Of a stretch of 64,000 nucleotides of DNA, positions 28,885-38,822 are shown one piece after another. This stretch comes from an archaeon (GTDB taxonomy: Archaea; Asgardarchaeota; Thorarchaeia; Thorarchaeales; Thorarchaeaceae), in assembly GCA_024276825.1 (NCBI GenBank), contig JAJRWI010000010.1:32001-96000 (forward strand), read 5' to 3'. The position numbers were made by a program, and so were the translations under genes. Numbering within the stretch: position 1 is the stretch's first letter; each line of letters begins with the position of its first letter. The notes under the pieces were generated by a model. It was not told the origin of the DNA. It saw only the letters and a list, made by a program, of their open reading frames with translations, and did no database searches.

Positions 28885-29196
28885 ATGATTGCAAAAGGTG
28901 TAAAAGCAGAGATAAGCAATCTTGAGATCCATATGGGCGACTTTTCGGAAAGAAAGTTCAAGATGAAATGTGATGTCACTTACGAGGAGCAGATGCTCAC
29001 CCTAGAAGGGGGAAAAAGGTCAGTCAGACTTCGTGCAATGAATATCGCGAATGTGCACCTTGAGAAAAAGGCTCTGAGAATATCAGCCCTGAACTTTGAA
29101 ATTGTGGACAAAGATGAAATGAGTGTTGCTAGTGGTTCAATACGAGTCGAGTTTGGCAATGATACAGAACAGTGGTACAAAGAACTCTGGGGATAG
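28885..29196 (+). CDS. Hypothetical beta-rich protein (possibly PH-like)
   Basis: Beta-strand pattern ending in the helix 'TEQWYKEL'. Confidence 0.6.
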   Translation: MIAKGVKAEISNLEIHMGDFSERKFKMKCDVTYEEQMLTLEGGKRSVRLRAMNIANVHLEKKALRISALNFEIVDKDEMSVASGSIRVEFGNDTEQWYKELWG

Positions 29197-29256
29197 ATAG
29201 CATAGTTAATATGCCTTTTAGTATGGAAAAAATCCGCAACTAAGGGGCTAGGAAAT

Positions 29257-30555
29257 ATGAGCGACAAGTTCGAATATATTGAACTGCAGATTATTGACAT
29301 TCTTGGACGACCAAAGGCAATGACTGTGCCATGTGAACCAGTTGACAGTCTTGAGGACCTGAAGAATGATCCTGTCATGACTGATGGTTCAGGCATTGAC
29401 GGAAGTTCCATATTAGGGCTGTCAAGTGTGGAGTCCTCTGACTTGCGATTGATACCAGATCCTTCCACACTCGTTGAACTCCCATATGCATTATTTAAAA
29501 CTGCTGCAGTCCTTTGCCATGTGAGGGAAAAGGGTGCTCCAGAGGGTTCATATTATCCGAAAGACCCTAGAGGGGCATTGCATACAGTGTGCAAGAGTCT
29601 TCTTGAAAACAAGACCCTCAGAGTAAAGATAGAACCCGAGTTTTATCTCCTTGATGAAAATGGCGGACCATTCGATCGGGTGGGTTATGCAGACACGTAT
29701 CCGACCAGCCCGAGCACAGACATTCTTCTTGAAATTGCTTCTGCCATCAGATCAATGGGAATGCGACCCAAAGTGATACATCATGAGGTTGGTAGATCCC
29801 AGCAAGAGATTGAGATTAATTTTGATGAAGTAAAAGCAATGGCAGACTATGTTGTTAGATTCAAGCAATTAGTAAGAGCCATAACTCAGGACTATGGGGT
29901 CGGTGCCACATTCATGCCGAAACCATTTGCGAACCAAGCGGGCAGTGGTATGCACTGTCACATTCAGCTATGGGAGGATGGCAAGAACCTGTTTGGGTCT
30001 GATGAGGGCACGGAGTTATCAAGAACAGGACAAATGTTCATTGCAGGCCTGCTAAAACATGCACCAGCAATTACAGCAATCGCCAACCCAACAATAAACT
30101 CATACAAGAGGCTTGTTCCACACAATGAGGCACCTGTGTTCATATCCTGGGGGCCAATGAACCGTACAGCACTAATCAGGGTCCCATTGTTCACGGAGCC
30201 TCGGAAGGCGGCCATAGAATTTAGATCGCCAGATGCAATGGCCAATCCATATCTACTATTCACTGCAATCATAGCTGCTGGCATGGATGGTATTGATAAG
30301 GAATTGTCTCCACCAAGACCTATCAAGTCTGATGTCTTCAGATTGACCGATGATGAGAGAGCGACGCTTGGAATACAAATGCTTCCATCCAACCTTGGAG
30401 AAGCACTGAAATGCTTGCAGCAGGACAAAGTAATTGTTGAACATCTTGGTAAGGCAATTGTTGATACATTTGTAAGCATTAAGCAGAGGGAATGGGATCA
30501 GTACCTCAAGTCAGCAGTGACAGGATGGGAATGGGAACAGTATCAGGACCTGTGA
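29257..30555 (+). CDS. glnA: Glutamine synthetase family protein
   Basis: 'DGSSI', 'EPEFYL', 'HHEVG..QQE', 'ATFMPKP', 'GSGMHCH', 'NSYKRLVP', 'NRTALIRVP', 'EFRSPD'. Confidence 0.9.
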   Translation: MSDKFEYIELQIIDILGRPKAMTVPCEPVDSLEDLKNDPVMTDGSGIDGSSILGLSSVESSDLRLIPDPSTLVELPYALFKTAAVLCHVREKGAPEGSYYPKDPRGALHTVCKSLLENKTLRVKIEPEFYLLDENGGPFDRVGYADTYPTSPSTDILLEIASAIRSMGMRPKVIHHEVGRSQQEIEINFDEVKAMADYVVRFKQLVRAITQDYGVGATFMPKPFANQAGSGMHCHIQLWEDGKNLFGSDEGTELSRTGQMFIAGLLKHAPAITAIANPTINSYKRLVPHNEAPVFISWGPMNRTALIRVPLFTEPRKAAIEFRSPDAMANPYLLFTAIIAAGMDGIDKELSPPRPIKSDVFRLTDDERATLGIQMLPSNLGEALKCLQQDKVIVEHLGKAIVDTFVSIKQREWDQYLKSAVTGWEWEQYQDL

Positions 30556-31712
30556 TCAAAGAACCTCTTCAGCCTGTCAAAGGCCTCATCAACTGCATCG
30601 GGGGTAAGTGGTCCAAACGATATGCGGATGTGTCCCTCGCCCTGTTCGCCAAATATGCGTCCTGGCAAGACCAGAATCTCAGTAGAGATAAGAAGGTCGA
30701 GAACGAGTGTGTTTGAGTCTTCACAGTCCTTGACTCTTGGGAAGATATAGAATGTCCCAGCGGTGCGGAATGTTTCAAGGGCATCAATCTCCTTTATCCT
30801 GACATAAGCCAGCTCTCTCAAATGGCTGATCCTTTCAATCTCCAATTGGACATGGTCCATAGAGTTCTTGAGAATGTCCAATGCGAGAATCTGACTTGCA
30901 GTGGGAGCACAGATCACAAAGCTGTCTTGTATCTTTAACAATTCATCCATGAAGTCCTCGGGTCCAATGACATAGCCAATGCGCCAGCCAGACATTCCAA
31001 AGTTCTTTGAAAAACTGCCAATGGTAATGACATTGTCGCGGGCATCTTTTCGAGACCGGGGACTGTAGTGTTGTTTGTGATCAAACACCATCTGGGCATA
31101 GGTCTCATCAGAGATTAGTGCTATGTCATGATCAATGCAAGTATCAACAATTGTGTCAATAATTGACCTTTCGTAAACAGCACCAGTAGGATTGTTGGGA
31201 GTGACCAGTAACACGGCCCTCGTGTTTTCATCAATGGCATCTATTATTCTTTCAGGAACAGGTTGAAACCTCTCATCAACAGGAGTTGTTCTAACTTCTG
31301 CGCCACAGAGTTGTGCTGCCATTGCAAAATTGAAATAGAACGGGGATGGCATCACTATGTTATCACCTGGCCCAAGCAGAGTCAGGGCTACCCCTGAAAA
31401 CGCATTATTCCCTCCAGCAGTGATGATAACTTCAGTCAAAGGGTCAGCTATGATATTAAACATGCGCCGTAGAAATAACGACAGTTCTTCCCTCAACTCA
31501 ATAAGACCGGGGTCGGATGTATATCTGTGAATTGTAGGATGAGAGAGCATGTCAGCAAGCGAGTCGAGTGATGTCTGAGGAGGAATATGACCGGGCATTC
31601 CCTGACCAAGGTTAATGAATCGGGCAGAACCAATGAACTGCCGTGCTGCTTCATTCAGTTTAGATATGGGAGGAGGCATAATCCTGCCAGTGCGCATCTT
31701 CATTTTGGTCAC
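30543..31712 (-). CDS. PLP-dependent aminotransferase, class I/II
   Basis: 'PNNPTG', 'SDETY', 'SFSKNFGMSGWRIG'. Confidence 0.93.
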   Translation of the reverse strand: MTKMKMRTGRIMPPPISKLNEAARQFIGSARFINLGQGMPGHIPPQTSLDSLADMLSHPTIHRYTSDPGLIELREELSLFLRRMFNIIADPLTEVIITAGGNNAFSGVALTLLGPGDNIVMPSPFYFNFAMAAQLCGAEVRTTPVDERFQPVPERIIDAIDENTRAVLLVTPNNPTGAVYERSIIDTIVDTCIDHDIALISDETYAQMVFDHKQHYSPRSRKDARDNVITIGSFSKNFGMSGWRIGYVIGPEDFMDELLKIQDSFVICAPTASQILALDILKNSMDHVQLEIERISHLRELAYVRIKEIDALETFRTAGTFYIFPRVKDCEDSNTLVLDLLISTEILVLPGRIFGEQGEGHIRISFGPLTPDAVDEAFDRLKRFFDHRS

Positions 31713-31785
31713 CAGTGACTAAACATGAATAGGTCTCTGTAAAATGCTTAATAAGTGACTTCATCCGAATTCGTAGGGATTCACA

Positions 31786-33180
31786 ATGACAGACTACCAA
31801 GCGGGCAGAAAGGAAGTCAAGAGGGCTGCATTGCTCTCTGTGTTTGCAGCGATTGCATTGACCTTGACTAAATTGGTTATTGGTGTTGTCACAGGGTCGT
31901 TGGGTATCATTTCAGAAGCTCTGCACAGTGGTCTGGACCTGTCAGCAGCTGGGATTACATATGTGGCAGTCAGGAGGGCTTCTGAGGGACCTGACCAAGA
32001 TCATCCATATGGGCATGGAAAAGTGGAGAACTTCGCGGCACTTGTTGAAACCATTATTCTCTGGATAACATCAATATGGATAGTCAGCGAGGCGATTCAT
32101 CGAATAGAGTCTGGAGTTGTGATGGAGCCATCATTAATTGGAATCCTCGTCATGGTATTCAGTCTGATAGTCGATTATGAGAGAAGTAAGAAGCTCTACT
32201 CAGTTGCCGAAGAGCATGGTAGTCAGGCACTTGAGGCTGATGCATTACATTTCCATACAGATATGATAAGTTCAGGTGTGGTCATTATTGGACTTGCATT
32301 TGTTTGGATTGGAATTCCAATAGCAGACCCCATTGCAGCAATCGGAGTGGCAATTGTCATTATTGTGATTTCATATAGGCTGGGTAGGAGATCCTATGAT
32401 GCATTGGTAGATACAGCGCCACCAGGAATTCAGCAGAGAGTCAGAAACATCTGCATGCAAATTCCAGGGGTATTGGATTGTAAGAGAGTCAGATGCAGAA
32501 CAAGTGGACCCGAGATATTCATTGATGTTGTGGCGGTTGTGAATGATAACCTTGACATGACAGAGGCCTCAAGAATTGCCACACGTATTGAAGGTGAGTT
32601 GTCAAACATTGAACAGAATGTTGATGTTGTTGTGCAAATGATTCCCAGAGAGAATGACAATATTGAGCATGTTGATAGAAGTGTGTATGAAGAGTTGAAG
32701 AGCATTGTCTCATCAAACCCCGATGTGATTGGAATGCACAATGCCAAGATTATGATATTGCCTAATGGTGTCCATATTGCGGCAGATATAGAACTTGATG
32801 ACAGGTTCACACTCGAACATGCTCATGAGGTGTCAAGACTACTTGAGAAACAGGTCAGAGAGAGAGTTAGCGAAGTCAGACAGATCAGGTTTCATCTTGA
32901 GTCAGTGGCTAATGACATTCTGGCAGAAGACATCACCGAGAATCACACAGATTTGGTGGATGTCGTTCGAAGGATTGTTGAAGAACAGTCGCCTGCAACA
33001 AATTGCCATAATGTGATAGTTACAAGTGATGAGCTTGGCATCATAGTGAGCTTGGACTGTAAAATTGAGGGCTCCATATCTTTGCGAGAGAGCCACAAGA
33101 TTGCAGACCAGATTGAAGTCCTCATCAAGAAGAGTATTCCAGATGTTTCTGATGTGATAGTCCATATGGAACCACTATAG
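31786..33180 (+). CDS. Cation diffusion facilitator (FieF-like) with three C-terminal ZT_dimer domains
   Basis: 'SEALHSGLD', 'HPYGHGK.E', 'ADALHFHTD'; three repeated cytoplasmic domains. Confidence 0.92.
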   Translation: MTDYQAGRKEVKRAALLSVFAAIALTLTKLVIGVVTGSLGIISEALHSGLDLSAAGITYVAVRRASEGPDQDHPYGHGKVENFAALVETIILWITSIWIVSEAIHRIESGVVMEPSLIGILVMVFSLIVDYERSKKLYSVAEEHGSQALEADALHFHTDMISSGVVIIGLAFVWIGIPIADPIAAIGVAIVIIVISYRLGRRSYDALVDTAPPGIQQRVRNICMQIPGVLDCKRVRCRTSGPEIFIDVVAVVNDNLDMTEASRIATRIEGELSNIEQNVDVVVQMIPRENDNIEHVDRSVYEELKSIVSSNPDVIGMHNAKIMILPNGVHIAADIELDDRFTLEHAHEVSRLLEKQVRERVSEVRQIRFHLESVANDILAEDITENHTDLVDVVRRIVEEQSPATNCHNVIVTSDELGIIVSLDCKIEGSISLRESHKIADQIEVLIKKSIPDVSDVIVHMEPL

Positions 33181-33230
33181 GTGAAATTTAATATTTGCAG
33201 AAGACCTAATTCAAATGGGGTCTTAAGGAA

Positions 33231-34016
33231 ATGAGCGAAGAGTGTGAACCAAGGATTCTAGGTGCTCCTGAAGCGAAGGTTGTTCAGACAAAGGAGATTG
33301 AGCTGGACAACCCGCTTCTTGTGTGTTGCTTCCCATCAGCAGGCCTGGTGGGCACAATTGCTGCTAACACGATCATTGAGCAGTTTGAGATGGATGAAAT
33401 AGCACACATAAGATCGAGATTCATCCCTTCAGCAGCCGTGTTCATGGATGGACGACTTCGACACCCATTCAGAATCTATGGAAAATCTGAAAACAACCTG
33501 ATTGTTGTCACAGGTGAGTTACCTGTGTCCGAGAATGGTCTATATTATGTGAGTTCAGCACTACTTGACTGGGCATCCAGCATCGGTGTCAAGGAAACTG
33601 TCATTCTTGATGGTATTCCTGTACAAGGAATTCCAACTCAAAGAAAGGTCCTTTTTGCAGCGGAAGAAGAGAAAGTTGAAGAACTGAAGAATGATGAAGA
33701 ATTGCAGATCCTTCAGAAAGGCATAATCACGGGGATAGCCGGATCGATTCTGGCTGAAACACTGTGTAGAGATATGGTTGGGTTTGCGCTCCTTACTCCT
33801 GCAATTGCTGTTGTGCCAGACCCAGAGGGAGCAGTCAGTCTGCTTCACGCTCTTAACAGATTATATAGGGTCAACGTTGACACTACTCAACTGGAAAAGA
33901 GTGCAGAAGAGATCAGAAAGAAACTGGAGGAGATGGCACAGCAGGTTGAGGGTATCCGGAGGAGCCAGCCAAGCGCCCCCAGGGATCCAACTGCATATCA
34001 GAGAATGTATGCATAA
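33231..34016 (+). CDS. PAC2-family proteasome assembly chaperone
   Basis: 'FPSAGLVGTIA', 'PDPEGA'; C-terminal HbYX motif 'MYA'. Confidence 0.9.
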   Translation: MSEECEPRILGAPEAKVVQTKEIELDNPLLVCCFPSAGLVGTIAANTIIEQFEMDEIAHIRSRFIPSAAVFMDGRLRHPFRIYGKSENNLIVVTGELPVSENGLYYVSSALLDWASSIGVKETVILDGIPVQGIPTQRKVLFAAEEEKVEELKNDEELQILQKGIITGIAGSILAETLCRDMVGFALLTPAIAVVPDPEGAVSLLHALNRLYRVNVDTTQLEKSAEEIRKKLEEMAQQVEGIRRSQPSAPRDPTAYQRMYA

Positions 34017-34024
34017 GATTCATC

Positions 34025-34582
34025 TTAGTCGCTGCAGGTTTCATATGCCTCTTTAGCACCTGCAGCGTTCTTCTCACCTATTTTTCCTGCCCATTTCTCC
34101 ATGATGACTTTTTGAACTGTTTCAATCTTTACCAGCCCTGTGGCCTTTGCAAAGGCTCCGAGCATGGTGGTGTTCACAACGGGCAGGCCTGCAACAAGGA
34201 GACCATGCTTAAGGGCGATACCAGTGCCATCGTAGGTATATATATGGCCACGGGGGAGATCTATCTCGCTCGCGGATTTGGGAGTGTTGATTATTACCTT
34301 TCCATCCTCTTTCAGTCCCTCAGTGACATCTATCAGGTCAATGATAGTAGGATCCAAGACAGCCACGATGTCAGGAGTGTAAATCTGACTTCGCACATTA
34401 ATGTCCCTATCAGAGATGCGAGTGAAGGCTTTCACAGGAGCCCCTCTTCTCTCCGCACCAAAGTAGGGAAATGCCTGTACTCCCTTGTATCCGTCATAAT
34501 GGGCAGCCTTTGCCAACAGCTCTGCTGATGTCACGCCACCTTGTCCGCCACGTCCGTGCCAGCGAATTTCTATTAAGGCCAT
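34025..34582 (-). CDS. porG: Pyruvate/2-oxoacid:ferredoxin oxidoreductase gamma subunit
   Basis: '[14 protein letters not shown]', '[10 protein letters not shown]', 'NTTMLGA'. Confidence 0.93.
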   Translation of the reverse strand: MALIEIRWHGRGGQGGVTSAELLAKAAHYDGYKGVQAFPYFGAERRGAPVKAFTRISDRDINVRSQIYTPDIVAVLDPTIIDLIDVTEGLKEDGKVIINTPKSASEIDLPRGHIYTYDGTGIALKHGLLVAGLPVVNTTMLGAFAKATGLVKIETVQKVIMEKWAGKIGEKNAAGAKEAYETCSD

Positions 34583-34726
34583 GTCATTTCACTTCTGAAT
34601 ATTCTCAAGAGGTCAAGCAGATTGGGATAACAGTTAGAGAAAACATTTTCGATAACACCAGATTATAATGAGTGAGAAAATTCAATTGGATATATTGCCA
34701 GCATTAGTCATTCATGAGGTCGAAGC

Positions 34727-35203
34727 ATGAGAGTCTTGTTTGTATGTACTGGAAACACAGGAAGAAGCCTGATGGCCGAGAACATATTCAATCACATCAT
34801 AAGAGAACACACCGATGCCCGAGGCAAATCTCTTAAAGCCATATCAGCAGGAGTCGACGCCATTGAGGGTGATACACCTGAAGAGTATGCTGTGAAGGCC
34901 CTACAAGAGAGAGGCATCATCGTTAGAGATCACAAGGCCAAAAAGGTCACGCCTAAACTACTTGACTCTGTTGATATTATACTCACCATGGGTCAGAGGC
35001 ATCGTGAGAAAATATTGATGATGAACCGTGAAACAAGAAGAGATCTTTTTGGAAGAGTATTCATATTGGCCGAGTTTGCTGGAGAGGAGGGGAATATAAT
35101 GGATTGTTATGGACATGATTTGGAATTCTATCGCAAGTGTGCGGATAGACTTGATGCATTAATAGAGAGAGTAATCAAAAAACTGACGAATTCAATTCGT
35201 TGA
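34727..35203 (+). CDS. Low-molecular-weight protein Tyr/Arg phosphatase
   Basis: 'VLFVCTGNTGRS' (CX5R), 'SAG', 'DCYG'. Confidence 0.9.
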   Translation: MRVLFVCTGNTGRSLMAENIFNHIIREHTDARGKSLKAISAGVDAIEGDTPEEYAVKALQERGIIVRDHKAKKVTPKLLDSVDIILTMGQRHREKILMMNRETRRDLFGRVFILAEFAGEEGNIMDCYGHDLEFYRKCADRLDALIERVIKKLTNSIR

Positions 35204-35215
35204 AGGTGTGAAATT

Positions 35216-36022
35216 TTGAGAGAGTATTATGAAGAGAATAAAAAACGATGGGATCATCTGGTAGAAGTGCATAAGAGCTCAAAGCATTATGATGTGAATG
35301 AATTCTTGCAGGGAGGTAACACGTTGGATGATGTCATCATCAAAGAAGTTGGAGATGTACGAGGAAAGTCAATGTTACATCTGATGTGCCACTTCGGTCT
35401 TGATACACTCTCATGGGCAAGACTAGGTGCTGATGTGACTGGCGTAGACTTCTCAGAGAGGGCAATAGAATTGGCACGCGAACTTGCAAAAAAGGCCCAG
35501 ATTGAAGCTCGATTCATTTGCTCGGATGTTTATGCACTCGATGATGTTCTTGCTGAAGAGTTTGACTTAGTCTTCACTTCAGATGGTGTGATTAATTGGT
35601 TACATGACCTTAGGGCATGGGCCAACATCATTGCCAGCCACCTGAGATCAGGAGGATCGTTCTATATCCGCGAGATACATCCCTTTTCATATATCTTCGA
35701 TGATGACTGTGAGGATTATGTGCTAAAAGTGAGAGATCCATACTTCGAGGTTGACAGGCCATTGGAGTTTGAGGGACAGGAGAGCTACACTGATAGGTTT
35801 CTGGATATATCTCTCAAGTCATATGAGTGGCCACATTCAGTTTCTGATATAATTAATTCACTGATAGGAGCTGGACTTGTAATAGAGTCATTCAACGAGT
35901 TTCCATATAGCTGCTATAGATCCCTACCTTTCATGAGAGAGTATGAGAAGGGGAAATGGTGGCTGCCAGAAAAGAAAAGAACGATTCCATTCCTATTCTC
36001 AATCAAAGCACGAAAGAAGTAA
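35216..36022 (+). CDS. Class I SAM-dependent methyltransferase
   Basis: 'LHLMCHFGLDTLSWARLGA.VTGVDFS', 'EIHP'. Confidence 0.9.
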   Translation: MREYYEENKKRWDHLVEVHKSSKHYDVNEFLQGGNTLDDVIIKEVGDVRGKSMLHLMCHFGLDTLSWARLGADVTGVDFSERAIELARELAKKAQIEARFICSDVYALDDVLAEEFDLVFTSDGVINWLHDLRAWANIIASHLRSGGSFYIREIHPFSYIFDDDCEDYVLKVRDPYFEVDRPLEFEGQESYTDRFLDISLKSYEWPHSVSDIINSLIGAGLVIESFNEFPYSCYRSLPFMREYEKGKWWLPEKKRTIPFLFSIKARKK

Positions 36023-36119
36023 GATTTGATGATGGTTTGGGGTTTCATAGAGTGCATGTTAACGGACTGAAGTTTATTATTCAATCTGACCGAGTGAAAA
36101 GGACATATGACATTAAATA

Positions 36120-36815
36120 TCATGCAATTTGAAACAGAGTTCGCTCTTTGTCTGTGGACAGTTTCTTATGAAGTGCGATATCATACATCTTTGCAAGAAG
36201 AAGTTTCATCCTTGATTCATCTAGTGAGTACAGATCGGGGCGATTTATCAGAACTATTTTTCCCTCATGTAATCTCACAAAATATTTCGCAATCATATCT
36301 TGGAATCTAAGAGCGAAATTTAAAGTCCTATCAACAGTTCTCCTGTTGAGTCCAGTACGTCTTGAGAGTTCAAGAACTGAAAGCTCATCCTCAAGTTTAA
36401 GGGCTTCCAACATTAGGTTAATGGCATCTTCAAAATGTATCCTTTTATTCGTGTTATTCTCCACATTAAGAATTGACTTGATTTCTTCTGTGTTATAATG
36501 CTTCTTTTCTGGACCCTTGAAAAACTTCTCTTCAATGAACCACTCACGTACGGTAGAGGGAAGATGGGTCATATCAACCCTCAATTCAAGTAGGATAATC
36601 TTACTTCTCTTTCCAATTAATACAACAATTTTATGTCCATAGATAAAGTCTTGAATATTCATTACAACTCTTATTACTTTATCAACAACTAACCAGCTAA
36701 GATTTGAATTTGATGCAATCTCACTAATTGTCATTGGAACATTTATTTTCAAATTTTTAATAACCAAGTCAAAGGCATCTTCAAATGAAGTGCGTTTCTT
36801 TTTTTTCATTAACAT
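36120..36815 (-). CDS. Tandem-duplicated HTH protein in an AT-rich islet
   Basis: Two internal repeats of 'FEDA...(MT/LS)(I/V).E.....L....VD......QD'. Confidence 0.65.
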   Translation of the reverse strand: MLMKKKKRTSFEDAFDLVIKNLKINVPMTISEIASNSNLSWLVVDKVIRVVMNIQDFIYGHKIVVLIGKRSKIILLELRVDMTHLPSTVREWFIEEKFFKGPEKKHYNTEEIKSILNVENNTNKRIHFEDAINLMLEALKLEDELSVLELSRRTGLNRRTVDRTLNFALRFQDMIAKYFVRLHEGKIVLINRPDLYSLDESRMKLLLAKMYDIALHKKLSTDKERTLFQIA

Positions 36816-37028
36816 TCCTCAGCATTATCAAATTTAATGATTTTATTTCTATGATTGTTCAAATTTGATCGTGGTTCTATCCATCATTTGATACTATTGT
36901 CTACTATTGTGGTTTATTTATATACAAAAGTTACATATTATCGATATCATATTCATTATTTGGATAAATAGCATTATATATTGACTATAATGCACAGTAT
37001 TTTTATGTAGATTTAACGAATACGCATC

Positions 37029-37257
37029 ATGCAATTATCAAATGAAGACATCCAGATTCTTGTTTGTATGTTTCAGAAAAAATGGCAAGAGTCATCGGCG
37101 CATTGATTCTATTGCAGGCTTTTGTCATATAAATAATAAGAGAGGTCTGAAGAAACGACTGAAACGTCTGACAAACAATGGCCTTTTAATGGAGTCGCAT
37201 GGTCCATCTTATTCTCTTTCTCATGAAGGATTACGGGTTGCACTGGAATATATCTAA
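37029..37257 (+). pseudogene. Small winged-helix protein with an apparent +1 frameshift in an A6 run
   Basis: ATG 37029 gives MQLSNEDIQILVCMFQK. Removing one A at 37077-37082 joins it to NGKSHRRIDSIA...LKRLTNNGLL...YSLSHEG. Confidence 0.55.
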
Positions 37258-37304
37258 AGAGATGTTTTCACAATCAGGTCAACTTGTTTTGGTTTGTTAG
37301 GCAT

Positions 37305-38690
37305 TCATAGAACATTGCTAAGATTCCAGTAGTCATTCAATGCATGAATAACACCCTCAGCAGAATTCGATGCCTGCTGGAGACCCACTCCAGATCCTGC
37401 AGTGTCAGTGCCTACAATGAACAGCCCATCGATTGGAGTCAGAGGTCCAGGCCTGTCGAGATCGGTCTGTCCGGGAATCAATGCAGCACGAGTGGCGTAA
37501 GAGCTCTGAACATGTTCCATCTCAATATGATTAAGGACTTCGCTGTAGTATTTTTCGAACCCATTGGACTTGATGGTCTCGACTTGCTCTTCAAGAGACT
37601 GGCTCTCATCACGAAGGGTAGCGATTCCAATAAGCTCCTTTCCTGGAGGAGCCGCAGAAGGATCAAAGCTTGAGATTGAAACTATCCATCTATTGGGTGG
37701 GGGGTGTACAAGAACCCGATTCTTTTTATCACCAAGGACTATCTTATCAAGGCCCAGCCAGAGTGTCACTCCTTTGGTTATCTTCATGCGGCTCCATCTT
37801 TCAAAGAACTCGTTTACATCACGGTTGTCAGAACTTACAATATTAGGCATTGACCAGAGGGGAATGTTGCTTATCACAGTATCATGCTCGATCTCAACAC
37901 CATTTACAACAAGGGAGTGTATTTTGCCATTCTCCTCCGTGATTCGTTCAACAGGCGCATTCAAGATGTAGTCCCCATTTATGGCATCTACGACTCTCTC
38001 TACAAGACCACTCATTCCACCAATCACATATCCTTCATCGTATTCATCAGAGCCGAATAACATCTTTTTGATTGAGTGAAGTTTTGGTTCTTCCTTGTCA
38101 GTGTCCTTCAGAGTTCTCAGAGACTCATAAGCAGAGGCTTCGGTGATTGGAACTCCTGCAGCCATGTATATTGCACTCTGCATGACATCAAGCATGACTT
38201 GATTTGTAGCACCTCGCGAAACCATGAAGTCATAAAATGTGATATCCTTGTACTTCTTCATCTCTTCGAGCTTCATCATCTTGATCTTTGCACCAATCTT
38301 GAGGAGACCAAGACGCCCACGCATACCCGTTAAAGGCCACCTGAGAGTACCGCCTATGCTGGTAGGAATTGTCCCAACTCTATCATGTACACGAAAGTAC
38401 CAACCCTCATGCAGGACAAAATGGGGGGGAGGGTCAAGGAAAGTTGTAAGAAAACGTACAAATGCCCCACGAGTTATCCGTGTGATGACATGCAGTCCTT
38501 GATCCACTCTGTATCCATTGACATTATAGCCGTGCCATACTCCACCAAGATAGTCTTTCTTCTCAACAACCAAGACTCGTTTGCCCGCCGCTGATAGTGC
38601 AAGAGCAGTGAGTAGACCACCAGCTCCCGAGCCTGCAATGATTGCATCGTAGTTTAATGAATTGACTTGATTAATGTCTATCTCGTGCAT
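37305..38690 (-). CDS. FAD-dependent oxidoreductase, phytoene desaturase-like
   Basis: 'IIAGSGAGGLLTA...VLVVEK...GG', 'DQGLH', 'SSFDPSAAPPGK', 'GLFIVG'. Confidence 0.85.
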   Translation of the reverse strand: MHEIDINQVNSLNYDAIIAGSGAGGLLTALALSAAGKRVLVVEKKDYLGGVWHGYNVNGYRVDQGLHVITRITRGAFVRFLTTFLDPPPHFVLHEGWYFRVHDRVGTIPTSIGGTLRWPLTGMRGRLGLLKIGAKIKMMKLEEMKKYKDITFYDFMVSRGATNQVMLDVMQSAIYMAAGVPITEASAYESLRTLKDTDKEEPKLHSIKKMLFGSDEYDEGYVIGGMSGLVERVVDAINGDYILNAPVERITEENGKIHSLVVNGVEIEHDTVISNIPLWSMPNIVSSDNRDVNEFFERWSRMKITKGVTLWLGLDKIVLGDKKNRVLVHPPPNRWIVSISSFDPSAAPPGKELIGIATLRDESQSLEEQVETIKSNGFEKYYSEVLNHIEMEHVQSSYATRAALIPGQTDLDRPGPLTPIDGLFIVGTDTAGSGVGLQQASNSAEGVIHALNDYWNLSNVL

Positions 38691-38822
38691 GTCATACTCA
38701 ATGTTAAGAAACCAAGCATGCCTACTTAAAGCTGACCAAGTAGAATGCGATTGACACCAATTGAATTAAAAATGGTGATTACCTGAGGCTAGCATATGTT
38801 TTGAGCAATTGGAGGCTGCCCT

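Noticed and set aside
28980-30479. Long antisense ORFs (162 and 171 aa) opposite glnA, and similar ones elsewhere
   Set aside because: They are shadows of well-supported genes on the opposite strand.
37305-38690. Rab-GDI ortholog call for the FAD-fold protein
   Set aside because: It has an intact GxGxxG and phytoene-desaturase-family motifs. A shared fold alone does not support a GDI assignment.
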